Shown piece after piece: positions 48,307-57,772 of a DNA stretch of 64,000 nucleotides (the stretch's first letter is position 1; each line of letters opens with the position of its first letter). Made by a program: the position numbers and the translations under genes. The notes beneath the pieces were generated by a model, which made no database searches, was not told the DNA's origin, and worked only from the letters and a program-made list of their open reading frames with translations. Source of the stretch: Chloroflexota bacterium (lineage in GTDB: Bacteria > Chloroflexota > UBA11872 > VXOZ01); assembly GCA_965221905.1 (NCBI GenBank), contig OZ244922.1:2816001-2880000 (forward strand), given 5' to 3'.

Positions 48307-49644
48307 CTAGCAGCGACCAAAGAGCGCCAGGGTCTCAATATGATATGTCTGCGGGAAGAAATCAAGAAGCTCCAATCGTTCTGCCCGATATCCCTCTTCG
48401 TGCAAGAGTGCCGCATCTCGCGCGAGAGTGGACGGCTCACAAGAGAGGTAGATTATCCGGCTGGGTGCGCTGCCGGCCACAGCGCGGAGTACACGCGGGT
48501 CCAGGCCGGTGCGCGGAGGGTCTACAACGGCGACGTCCACCTGCGGCAAGTCCTCTGTTACCTTCTCAGCAGGCAAATCCAAGAATTCGATATTCTGCAG
48601 ACCCCATTGCGCCGCTGTCTCTCGCGCCGCTGCAATGGCCTGCTTATCCAATTCAATGCCGATCACGCGCCGCGCATCCTCCGCCATGAAGAGTCCGAAT
48701 ATTCCTACGCCGCAATAGAGATCGAGCACGGATTCATCGGCCTGAATTGCCGCCAGCGCGCGCATGCGTGAAATGGCAGTCGGCAACATCTCCACACTCG
48801 CTTGAAAGAATGCACCGGGCGGAAACTGAATTGTCTTACCCATAATCTCCACATCTACTATGGACTGTCCAGCATAGGGCTCCACCGCACCGCTTGGCTT
48901 ACGGTAGGAGACGCTCATAGCCTCTGGGATGGTAGTAAGAGCGTCCAGCACAGCGCGCAACTCGGGTTCCGCAGCCAAGTCTACGTTGCGCACGCCTTCC
49001 AGTATCAGAACCAGCTTTGCGGTATCACCTTGCGGAATGACCCGCGTCTCCACCCAGTTCTTTCCCCACAAGTCTGGGATCCTGCCGTCACGAATCATGT
49101 CGTTTAGGGTTGCCAGCAACTTGGATATGAGCGGATGACTGATATCACAGTGCTCGACCGCGACAACACGACGGCTGCCGCGCTGCCGAAAACCCGCCAC
49201 ACGCGATAGGGCAATTTCACAGCCGTAGCGGTACTCCCAGGGCGAACAAGGCGTATGCACAGCGTCGATGACAACCGGCTGCTTGCCAATCCGCGCAAAT
49301 TGATCTTCGACAATCTGCTGCTTGAGGCGCACTTGTGACGCATAGTCCATGTGCTGCCACTGGCAGCCGCCGCACGCGCCATAGTAGGTGCACTGCGGCT
49401 TGATCCGATCCGGTGAAGCCTCTAGCACCTTTACCACGTGCCCCTGCAGGAATTTCTTGCGCTTACGTTCTAGTTGGACTTTTACGCGCTCGCCAGGTAT
49501 GCCGTAGAAAGCAAAGACCACCTGCCCATCGAGACGACCGACGGCCGGCCCACGATGCGCCATATCGGTCAGCGTCACTTCTACCGGATCGCTTTCCCGC
49601 AGCTTGCGACGGCGACTCATAGCCATAGGAAACTCACGCGCCAT
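48307..49644 (-). CDS. rlmD: TRAM-domain 23S rRNA m5U methyltransferase (RlmD-like)
   Basis: C...GACGGCQWQH Fe-S motif, FFQ, DLYCGVG, DPPR.G, YLSC, FPQT.H.E. Confidence 0.85.
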   Translation of the reverse strand: MAREFPMAMSRRRKLRESDPVEVTLTDMAHRGPAVGRLDGQVVFAFYGIPGERVKVQLERKRKKFLQGHVVKVLEASPDRIKPQCTYYGACGGCQWQHMDYASQVRLKQQIVEDQFARIGKQPVVIDAVHTPCSPWEYRYGCEIALSRVAGFRQRGSRRVVAVEHCDISHPLISKLLATLNDMIRDGRIPDLWGKNWVETRVIPQGDTAKLVLILEGVRNVDLAAEPELRAVLDALTTIPEAMSVSYRKPSGAVEPYAGQSIVDVEIMGKTIQFPPGAFFQASVEMLPTAISRMRALAAIQADESVLDLYCGVGIFGLFMAEDARRVIGIELDKQAIAAARETAAQWGLQNIEFLDLPAEKVTEDLPQVDVAVVDPPRTGLDPRVLRAVAGSAPSRIIYLSCEPSTLARDAALLHEEGYRAERLELLDFFPQTYHIETLALFGRC

Positions 49645-49841
49645 GTCCTTTGTTTCTCACGTACCCTCCGCACGCTTCTCTACCCGAGGCGCGTAGAATG
49701 TACGCGCATTCGCTCGCTTGGAATTTTCAGCGTAGACACATCCTGCTCAGCCGCTCTTGTGAACGCGCTTTCGGAGGTTAGATGCCAAGACCCGAAATAC
49801 ACATGATTTGCCGCACGGCTTGACGTGCATGCGGTCCCAGG

Positions 49842-51077
49842 TCAGTGCTCCTCGGCCTCTAACCGCAACAGCGCCTCAACCGTCCATCCGAGCAGCCAGG
49901 CGAGATTCTCAGGCGGGTGCGGCGTGGTTCTGCCTGTAATCTTGCGGTACCCGCCTTGGTCGATGAGCTCTTCAGTGGCGTTTGTAAGCAGCCATTGCTT
50001 TGCCTTTGCCGCCTTTGGTCCCACTCGTTCCTCAAGCGCTGCATCTACCCAGCCCACGGCGCGGATGTGGTCGTAGGCCAGCAAGGCCGCAGCGGTCATA
50101 CCGAGCCAGTGATCGTCTTGGGTGTGCATGCCGACGGCGCCATCCGGGAACTGGCAAGAGAACTGCCACTCTACTGAGCGCGTGCAGCGGTCGCGCATTA
50201 CAGCCTCACGAAGATGCTGCGCCGGCAGCCAAGTGTGCAACCGAGTCAAGAACTCTACTGCGCCCCGCGCCGAGAAGCCCCATCCGGTCTCATCCATGCG
50301 CACGCTGGGAAAATGCTCGGCGGCAATATCCGTCGGCCACGGCCCAATGCACCACGTGCCCAGCGAATCGACAAAAGCGCCGTCCGGGGAGCCCGGTTCG
50401 TGGAGGCGCAGGTAGTAGTCCGCCAACCGCACCGCCGAGGCCAGCACGTCATCACGCCGCGTCTGTTCATAGTAGTGTACCAGCCCCATGCCGACCCACC
50501 GCAGGTCGTCCGTAAAAGCGCCGTCGGTAATGGAAGGGTCTTGGCAATTGGATGGCGGATACCCAATGTTGTAGGCGTGACCGCGATCGGTGCGGTGTTG
50601 CTGCAAGTAGTCGAACAGCGAGTCGGCGCGGGCGTCGAAGCAGTCTTCGTCCGGGTTATGGAGGCAGAATTCGCCGTAGCACCACAAACCGACGCCCTGC
50701 ATCCAGGAGCGGCTGAAAAGGTTATTTACGGTCCGTGGATCGCCTACGCTGCTGGGATCCCGCTCCATCCTCTGACTCAGCCGCAAATTCCGCTGGCGGT
50801 CGGCTACCGGAGGCACCGGGTCGCGGACGAAGCTAAAGGAAAAAACCGCGTACCGATCCGCTGCTTCTTTGTAGCGCGCGTCATTGGTACGCTCATATAG
50901 CCGGTACAGAGCCTGTGCCAAGTACGGTGGGGAGTGGGCATGCGTAGGACCGAAGCTTCGACCGGTCGTGACGAACGGGCATTTCGCCGGATCCGGCCGC
51001 CCGACTATGCCTTGCCAGGAGACAAAGCGGTCACCGATCGAACGTGCAATCGTGAGGGGATCACGCATCATTGTCAC
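49842..51077 (-). CDS. Hypothetical protein, probable (alpha/alpha) toroid fold
   Basis: LYRLYERT.D.RY.EAA, YYEQT..D..L..A, QFPDG helical-hairpin repeats. Confidence 0.55.
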   Translation of the reverse strand: MTMMRDPLTIARSIGDRFVSWQGIVGRPDPAKCPFVTTGRSFGPTHAHSPPYLAQALYRLYERTNDARYKEAADRYAVFSFSFVRDPVPPVADRQRNLRLSQRMERDPSSVGDPRTVNNLFSRSWMQGVGLWCYGEFCLHNPDEDCFDARADSLFDYLQQHRTDRGHAYNIGYPPSNCQDPSITDGAFTDDLRWVGMGLVHYYEQTRRDDVLASAVRLADYYLRLHEPGSPDGAFVDSLGTWCIGPWPTDIAAEHFPSVRMDETGWGFSARGAVEFLTRLHTWLPAQHLREAVMRDRCTRSVEWQFSCQFPDGAVGMHTQDDHWLGMTAAALLAYDHIRAVGWVDAALEERVGPKAAKAKQWLLTNATEELIDQGGYRKITGRTTPHPPENLAWLLGWTVEALLRLEAEEH

Positions 51078-51161
51078 TTCTTTCCGTTACAGCATTCACT
51101 GCTGTACTGCACTTCACCACTCTGCGTCTTTACTTTCCTACCCACCTTCTCCGTATTGTAA

Positions 51162-51197
51162 CGTAGGCGTACCACGGGCAGAAGCAGTACCCCTACG
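51162..51197. repeat. Degenerate GTAG-type palindrome
   Basis: CGTAGGCGTAC-N14-GTACCCCTACG. Confidence 0.5.
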
Positions 51198-51427
51198 CTC
51201 TTCCCGCCCGCGTAACTGCGCACATGCACCTAAAGCGTTGGTGCCCTTAGAGCAATAGAGCTGTTATTGCATTATCCTACCAACAGGGACCGGAGTAGTC
51301 GCCCACCACAAATCAAATGTCCTTGCTGTTCATTAGACTCTAAAGCTGCGGTACTTGTGGGCGGTTGACCTGGATGAGATTACAGGTAGCAGTGCGGATG
51401 TGTTATGACCTCAGTTGAGGGAGTGCC

Positions 51428-52279
51428 ATGAGGGTGAAGCTTCGAAATGCGAGCTTGCAGAGAGCCTTCGAGTTCGTGGAGAGCAACGGCACTAGGCCGA
51501 TGCGCGCGTTGGCTGCCAACGTGATGGGACTGATGGGAGCTGATGCAACGCTCGCCGAGCTGGTCAAAGCTTATCAAAACGCCGATGGGGGATGGCATAG
51601 GTTTGACAGTGATATGCCAGCGCCTCTGTCAACAATCTCGCAAACACACATTGGCCTGCAGTTATTGTTGTGGATTGAGCCGCGCGACAGCTCTTCTCTC
51701 GACCTAACGGTCGCTTTCCTGCAAAGGGCACAACAAGCGGGATCGTGGGATGAGCCCCAGGAGATTCTGAAGTACAATCCTCCGCCGTGGATGGTGCCTG
51801 GCAACCGGGCCAATCAACTGTGGTTGACCTCGGCGGTATGCTGCAAGCTGCTCGAACACCGTCGACAGGCCGATGTTCGGTTCGAGCAAGCGCTGGCATT
51901 TCTTCGTACCGGTTGGAACGGCAAACAGTTCCCCCGCTACCCTCATACCCATTGGATGGCACTCGCTCTATTCAGCCGGCTTCCAGATCCATCAAGTGCA
52001 GACCGTCGAATTGCGGAGGGCTGCAAGTAGTTTCTCTTAGGTCGACTTTCGCAAGGCACAATCGACCCGAAAGACGCCAACGACATTGCATATGCAGCGT
52101 TCCGTGCAGGGTACATGGCAGGCGATCTGTATAGCATTGCTTTCGAGAAAGTGCTTGCGAGCCAAGCCGATGACGGGGGTTGGGTAACTGACTACGGCGA
52201 CCGACATCGGGCCTGGGCAACAATCTCGGCAATGTACTTGTTGAAGACCGTTGCTCCGCCTGCGACGTATGCCCAGTAA
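51428..52279 (+). pseudogene. Prenyltransferase/squalene-cyclase repeat (QW-motif) protein with internal TAG
   Basis: QNADGGW before and QADDGGW after the in-frame TAG at 52028-30; the frame continues 82 codons to TAA 52277-79. Confidence 0.7.
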
Positions 52280-52358
52280 CAGAGATCTACTGCCGTCACG
52301 GGATCAGCCGTAAGACCTTATGCAGCCGGCCGCCCGGTATCGGGAGGGGGGCTCCTAC

Positions 52359-52464
52359 TATGGCTTCTTGCAAAGCGTCTACAGCCCGCACTAGGGCCTC
52401 CTCCTGGTCCTCGCAAAGGTGGCAACTCCGGGAAGTCTGAGGAGATTTTCAGCAGTGTATCTCC
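52359..52464 (-). pseudogene. HicB-like antitoxin relic
   Basis: GDTLLKISSDFPEL / (frameshift) / EDQEEALVRAVDALQEAI. Confidence 0.5.
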
Positions 52465-52781
52465 GCCAAGGTGGCATGGCCTCCAAATCGTCCTAGCCTG
52501 GAGTGAGTATGCTCAAATATGCTGTCGTAGACAAGGGGATCGGGAGAGCATGCGTTGGGTCCCTTTACAGTTTTATTTTTCGTCCCTCAGGGGTGTCCCG
52601 CGCCTCCAGCCGGAGATCCGCCTAGTCCTCTTCACCGAAAACAACCGGGATTCCCATAGGCAACGTACGAAACTTGGTATGATGCTTGAGCACCGTCCAA
52701 GTACGAAATGGAGGGTCTAGGGAGACCAGCAAGCGATCTCGCCCAAGGCTCACAGCGTCATGTTATGTTCGGAGGTGTGGG

Positions 52782-53147
52782 ATGGCATGGAAGCAGAGCG
52801 AAGCGGCGGACGTGATGGACACGCCCGCAATCCACGAAGGGGAAGGTGTGATCACGCGCCGGAGGTTCTTCCGCGACACCACGCGGCTGCCCGTCCGCGT
52901 CGAGATATGGGAACTGCCGCCGGGCGCGAGTGAGGGATCCCATATCCACGACGGCGACGACGCGCTGGAGGAGTTTTACTACTTCATCGAGGGTCAGGGC
53001 GTCATGTGGATGAACGGACAAGAACTGCCGGTCCGGCCGGGAGACGCCGTCATGGCTCCTCCCGGGGCCGACCACGGTTTCCGCAACACCGGCGACGAGA
53101 CGCTGAAGCTGCTCCTGATCTGGGGCGCGCCGGCAGGAGAGTTGTAG
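52782..53147 (+). CDS. Cupin domain protein
   Basis: GSHIH....EEFYY..EG.G, PGD...PPG..HG..N; GGAGG RBS. Confidence 0.9.
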   Translation: MAWKQSEAADVMDTPAIHEGEGVITRRRFFRDTTRLPVRVEIWELPPGASEGSHIHDGDDALEEFYYFIEGQGVMWMNGQELPVRPGDAVMAPPGADHGFRNTGDETLKLLLIWGAPAGEL

Positions 53148-53306
53148 AACGCTGTAGCGCGCACCATCCCGGTGTGATGGTGCGCTACAGCAGAGAAGCC
53201 GTCTCGCATCGCAGGATGGACGTTGGGGGTGATTCCCCGCCCGCGCGCGAAATGGGCACTGGCCCGGCCAAAACAGCGCCCGCCGGGCGGCTGATTGCTC
53301 TGCCGC

Positions 53307-53447
53307 ATGGCGCTCATGGCAAGTAAGGGGGAGGCCTGCGACCGCATGCCCGACTGCGCAATCTTCGCCGGCACCCGCTGGGAGCCGCCCAGCGTCTACG
53401 AGCGCGTCGAATGGCTCGCAGAGCAGTTCCGCTTCCTCTTGCACGTC
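53307..53447 (+). pseudogene. Fragment of a phage-type PAPS-reductase-like (adenine-nucleotide alpha-hydrolase) gene
   Basis: ALMA..GE...MPDCAIFA(G)T.WEP..VYE.VEWL resembles the AIFADTxxEP segment of that family; no N-terminal PP-loop and no continuation. Confidence 0.5.
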
Positions 53448-53700
53448 GCGGCGGCTGTCGCGACGTGCAGGCCCTCATCACCCGCGTCGGCTCCAGCAGC
53501 GATGTGGATGTCACCGTCTACCAGAAGAGACCTTTGCGTAAACCGCAGCCAAAAGCAACGAATCACTGCTAACGACCTGAATGTTCCCTCTCCTTGAGGA
53601 GACCCTTGCGCAACTGTGCCGCATCGATAGAAGCGGGGTGAATCCCGGATACCGCTATAATGAGACTTGTCTTCAACACAATCTTCGAGGAAGCAGGTTC

Positions 53701-54888
53701 ATGAAAATCACCGACGTACGCAGCTACGTGCTGAAGTCACCCCTTGGCGATCAGGGTTTCTACGCGTCGCAAGAATCCTTTTCCGATCGCAGCAGTTGTC
53801 TCGTGCGTATCGAGACGGACACCGGTCTTGTTGGTTGGGGAGAAGGAGGTCTGTGGGGTGCGCCGGAACCGGTAGCGGCCATGATCGATCACGTCTTGGC
53901 GCCTCGCATCATGGGAAAAAACCCACTGCACATGGACGTCATCTGGGAACGCCTCTACGCCCACATCCGCGACTGGGGACGGCAGGGCACTGCCGTCGAA
54001 GCCATCAGCGGCGTCGATATCGCGTGCTGGGACATTGCGGGACAGGCGCTGCAGCAGCCAATCTACGCGCTCTTGGGCGGCGCCTTTCGAGACCGCGTAC
54101 AGGCGTATGCGACCGGAGGCTACTACAAAGGCGGGCCGGACAAGTGGGCAGACACGGGCCTCCTAAAGGCAGAAGTAGCGCGTCACGTCGACAACGGTTT
54201 TCGCGCTCTCAAGATCAAGGTCGGGCTGCTCTCGGTAGCGGAGGATCTCGCCCGCGTGAAGGCTGCGCGGCAGGCGCTAGATGAATGCGCGCCAAGCGGT
54301 TCGCGGTTTCCCTACATGGTGGACGCCAACCACGCCTATCCGCCGCACATTGCTATTACTGTCGGTCGCGGCCTGGAAGAAGAAGGGGTCTTGTGGTTCG
54401 AGGAGCCGGTGATCCCGGAAGACCGCAGGGGGTACCGTCAGGTGGCCGAGACCCTCGATCTTGCCATCGCGGCGGGCGAATGCGAGCACACGCGCTACAG
54501 TTTTCGCGATCTCATGCTCGATGGGTGCATTGACATTGCGCAGCCGGACATCTGCGGCACCGGCGGCATTTCGGAAGCCGTCAAGATCGCCACGCTCGCG
54601 CGGACGTTTGGCGTGCAGGTTATTCCGCACGTTTGGGGCTCCGGTATTGCGCTGGCCGCTGCGCTGCATTTCATTGCTTCACTGCCGCCAAGTCCACACT
54701 CGGCGAATCCCCTGCCAGCCCTGAATGAACCGATGCTGGAGTTCGACCGCAACCCCAATCCACTGCGCGATACGCTGCTGCGAGAACCTTTCGCTCTCGA
54801 GCACGACGGGACCGTGCTGATACCGCAGCGGCCGGGCTTGGGAATTGAGGTGGATGTAGCAGTGGTGGCGCAGTTCGGACCGCAATAG
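53701..54888 (+). CDS. Mandelate racemase/MLE enolase superfamily (Gci-like)
   Basis: GWGEG, SGVDIACWD, KIK, DAN, EEP, GE, QPD, PH, PGLG. Confidence 0.9.
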   Translation: MKITDVRSYVLKSPLGDQGFYASQESFSDRSSCLVRIETDTGLVGWGEGGLWGAPEPVAAMIDHVLAPRIMGKNPLHMDVIWERLYAHIRDWGRQGTAVEAISGVDIACWDIAGQALQQPIYALLGGAFRDRVQAYATGGYYKGGPDKWADTGLLKAEVARHVDNGFRALKIKVGLLSVAEDLARVKAARQALDECAPSGSRFPYMVDANHAYPPHIAITVGRGLEEEGVLWFEEPVIPEDRRGYRQVAETLDLAIAAGECEHTRYSFRDLMLDGCIDIAQPDICGTGGISEAVKIATLARTFGVQVIPHVWGSGIALAAALHFIASLPPSPHSANPLPALNEPMLEFDRNPNPLRDTLLREPFALEHDGTVLIPQRPGLGIEVDVAVVAQFGPQ

Positions 54889-54946
54889 ATAAACCTGATA
54901 GCGGCAAAAGACCGGCAGTCAGCCCTTCTGTGGTGCACCCTAGAGC

Positions 54947-55140
54947 CCGTTCGCGGTGAGCCCCAATGTCCCTTCGTGGCGAGCCGCAATTTCCGTTCGT
55001 GGTTATCGCCATTGACCGTTCGTAGCAAGCCCCAATTTCCGTTCGCGGTGAGAGCCAATTTGCGCTCGCGATGAGCGCCAATGTCCGTTCGCGGTGAGCC
55101 TGCCAGTCCTGAGCTTGCCGAAGGGTCGAACCATGAACGG
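54947..55140 (+). repeat. 23-nt tandem array ending in a CCGTTCG-type palindromic repeat with nested insert
   Basis: Six exact-period units CCGTTCGYGGTGAG+tail from 54947 to 55084; element 55085-55140. Confidence 0.9.
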
Positions 55141-55191
55141 ACGTGCGAAAACCCTGTAGATTCAGTTTCGGAATTCCCGGTTTCGCCAGCT

Positions 55192-56331
55192 CTACTGCAT
55201 GGCAAACCGGTCAAGGCCGAACATCCCGATTTCGTGCCTCGACCTACCGTCCAGGGCCAACTCAGCGACAATTTCACCCACAACGCTACAGAACTTGAAT
55301 CCGTGACCGGAGAAGCCGGCCGCAATCACCACGTTGGCATGCTCCGGATGGTGGTCCATGATGAAGTGACCGTCCGGCGTATTGGTGAACATGCACGTTT
55401 TCAGCGCCATCGTGGCCCCCATGCCGCCGGTCAGGTGTCGTTGCGTGAAGGAGCGCAGCGCCTCTTCATCAGCGGGATGGCACCCGCGGTCAACGTCATC
55501 CGGCGCGGTCTGTTGTCGCAGGTGGTGGAATTTCCCAATTTTAAACCCAGGCACACCATAGATGGGAAAGCCGTAGAAGTGCCCTTCCGGCGTGAGCGCG
55601 TTGAAGACCGGAAAGCGCTCCACCGCGAATAGGTCCGGTTGCGCCGGTTGAAACCATCCCATGACTTGGCGCTCAGGCACGGCGTTTTCGCCAAGCAGCG
55701 ACAGCAAGGATTGGCTCCACGCCCCCGCCGTGAAGATTAGCCGCTCCGCAGTATAGGTTGCACGGTTCGTGCGCACCGTGACACTCCCCTGCTCTGCCTG
55801 CCACTCAAGCACCTGCTCGCGTGCCCGCACCTCGCCGCCCGCGGCCTGCGCCTGTAACACATGGTGCACGATGCAACGTTCCGGCAGGAGGAATCCGCCA
55901 TCGGGCTGCCACACGGCCATCATCTCCGGTGGGAGATTGAATCCTGGAAAGCGGTGTGTCAACTCCCCGCTCGTAAGCACGTCGTGCGCAAGGTTGTGCT
56001 CCGCGCAGGAGCTTATGGAACCCTCAACAACGAACGAATCCGGCGCGCCGGCATCGATCGAGCCGGTAATGTGCAGCAACTGTTCGCCACCGGCCTGTTC
56101 CAGTTCGCGCCAGAGCGCATACGCTCGCGCAAGCAGCGGCACGTATGAAGGGTGCTCGAAGTACGTGAGCCGGATGACGCGCGTAACGCCGTGCGACGAT
56201 CCCATATCGTGGGGTATATCATATTGCTCCAGGCCCAATACGCGCTGGCCGCGCTGCGCCAAATGGTAAACGGCGGCGCTGCCCATGCCGCCTACGCCAA
56301 CCACAATGGTGTCGAAATGCTCAGTTTTCAT
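55192..56331 (-). CDS. solA: Monomeric sarcosine oxidase / N-methyl-L-tryptophan oxidase
   Basis: GVGGMG, GSSHG.TR.IR, KTCMFT (flavinylated Cys), GFSGHGFKF. Confidence 0.9.
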   Translation of the reverse strand: MKTEHFDTIVVGVGGMGSAAVYHLAQRGQRVLGLEQYDIPHDMGSSHGVTRVIRLTYFEHPSYVPLLARAYALWRELEQAGGEQLLHITGSIDAGAPDSFVVEGSISSCAEHNLAHDVLTSGELTHRFPGFNLPPEMMAVWQPDGGFLLPERCIVHHVLQAQAAGGEVRAREQVLEWQAEQGSVTVRTNRATYTAERLIFTAGAWSQSLLSLLGENAVPERQVMGWFQPAQPDLFAVERFPVFNALTPEGHFYGFPIYGVPGFKIGKFHHLRQQTAPDDVDRGCHPADEEALRSFTQRHLTGGMGATMALKTCMFTNTPDGHFIMDHHPEHANVVIAAGFSGHGFKFCSVVGEIVAELALDGRSRHEIGMFGLDRFAMQ

Positions 56332-56514
56332 GCTTCTTCTCCCTCACCAGCCCTCTCCTGTCCCAAACTGGATCGCCCTTCAATCGTTTCCCTATTCCTC
56401 ACTGTCCGAATTGAGTTGTGAATTATATCCAGTACTTGAAGTCTTTCCTCCTTGCGCCCGCCCGTTCAGAAACTACAGCGTGCGCAACCGGCCCATGCGG
56501 CTGATTCCTTACAA

Positions 56515-57405
56515 CTATAGTATCGGCTCCGACCGGATCGCACCCAAAGGAATCTCCATTAAGTCTTCTCCGAGAATTATGGCGCCATCGAATACTGCAG
56601 CCGCTTCGGCCACCATGCGCTCGCGAATGCCCGGGCGCGTTATCTGTTCGGTAAGGTGGATCAGCACCAGCTTGTCAACACCGGCCTCGGCTGCCGTGCG
56701 CGCGGCGTCAAGGTGTCCTGAGCACGACGACGTGATACGCGGGTCAGTTTCAACGCCGTTAAGAAAGTGGCACATGTGCAAGAGCACGTTCGCCCCGCGC
56801 GCCAACTCAACAAGCTGCGCGTTCGGCGCGGTATCGCCCGTAACCACAATGCTGCCTTCAGAGCTATTGAAACGATATGCCACCGACTGGAGATACGGCT
56901 GACAGTGGACCATCTCTGCCACCTGCACCTGCCAGCCTTCCCCTTCTATTTCAGTGCCCGCGCCAACTTCCTGGACCTGCGGCGCGGGACGCCGGCGCGG
57001 GAGCTTGCCGCCCCGGTGTTCATAGATCAGATGGCTGCCCGGATGGAGCGTACGCCCCGCGATATCCGCCTGATAAGTCCCCTCTTCGCTGAACAGCAGA
57101 TGGGTCATGCGGTCAATGCCGCTGGGCCCGTATACATTGAGATCGGGAATCTGCCCCGCACCTTGGTCCCAGCGGGTAAGGGTAAGGTAGCCGTAGTCCA
57201 TGCAATGATCGTAGTGCAGGTGGGTCAGGAAGAGATGGGTAATGCGCGTCGGCGCCACTCCCTTTGCCAAGAGGCGTTGCACCGCTGCCGGCCCACAGTC
57301 GAAAAGCAGCGAGGCGTTATCCTGTTCTACCAGGAAACTGCATCCTGCACGTTCTAGGGAGGGAGTTGGCGTCCCTGTGCCAAGGAGAGTTAGTCGGAGT
57401 GACAT
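56515..57405 (-). CDS. MBL-fold hydrolase, RNase Z/sulfatase-like
   Basis: LLGTG.P, FDCG, THLHYDH, TGDT, LVLIH. Confidence 0.85.
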   Translation of the reverse strand: MSLRLTLLGTGTPTPSLERAGCSFLVEQDNASLLFDCGPAAVQRLLAKGVAPTRITHLFLTHLHYDHCMDYGYLTLTRWDQGAGQIPDLNVYGPSGIDRMTHLLFSEEGTYQADIAGRTLHPGSHLIYEHRGGKLPRRRPAPQVQEVGAGTEIEGEGWQVQVAEMVHCQPYLQSVAYRFNSSEGSIVVTGDTAPNAQLVELARGANVLLHMCHFLNGVETDPRITSSCSGHLDAARTAAEAGVDKLVLIHLTEQITRPGIRERMVAEAAAVFDGAIILGEDLMEIPLGAIRSEPIL

Positions 57406-57674
57406 GCTGGCTATACCTCATTACGCCGTTCACAGCATTCAGTTGGGAATCCCGTAACTGGCGCATGCTACGAGCGTCCTGCTGAATAATACCGCGATTC
57501 AGCCTCCTCCTGCCCGCAGACATTGGACGTCCCTCCAATCACTCGCGACAATCCTCCACGCCAATCATATTGCAAACTACACAGCGGCAACGCGCTGCTA
57601 CATACGCCGCTCAAGGAAATACAGTGATTAGAGACCGAAATACGCGATTTCAGGTCGAATTTACACGCGCTAAC

Positions 57675-57703
57675 TTGACTACAGGAAGCGGGGACTCTAT
57701 AAT
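57675..57703 (+). promoter_or_regulatory. Sigma70-type promoter of groEL
   Basis: TTGACT-17 nt-TATAAT. Confidence 0.8.
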
Positions 57704-57772
57704 TAAAACATCACCGCAGCAAAGTGCGCGGTGTACTTGGTGTAAAGCACGAATAAGGAGATATCTACGCCA

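Noticed and set aside
54947-55084. Mini-CRISPR (also 18379-18508)
   Set aside because: Variable parts are only 8-9 nt and related to each other, repeats are degenerate, and no cas genes are present.
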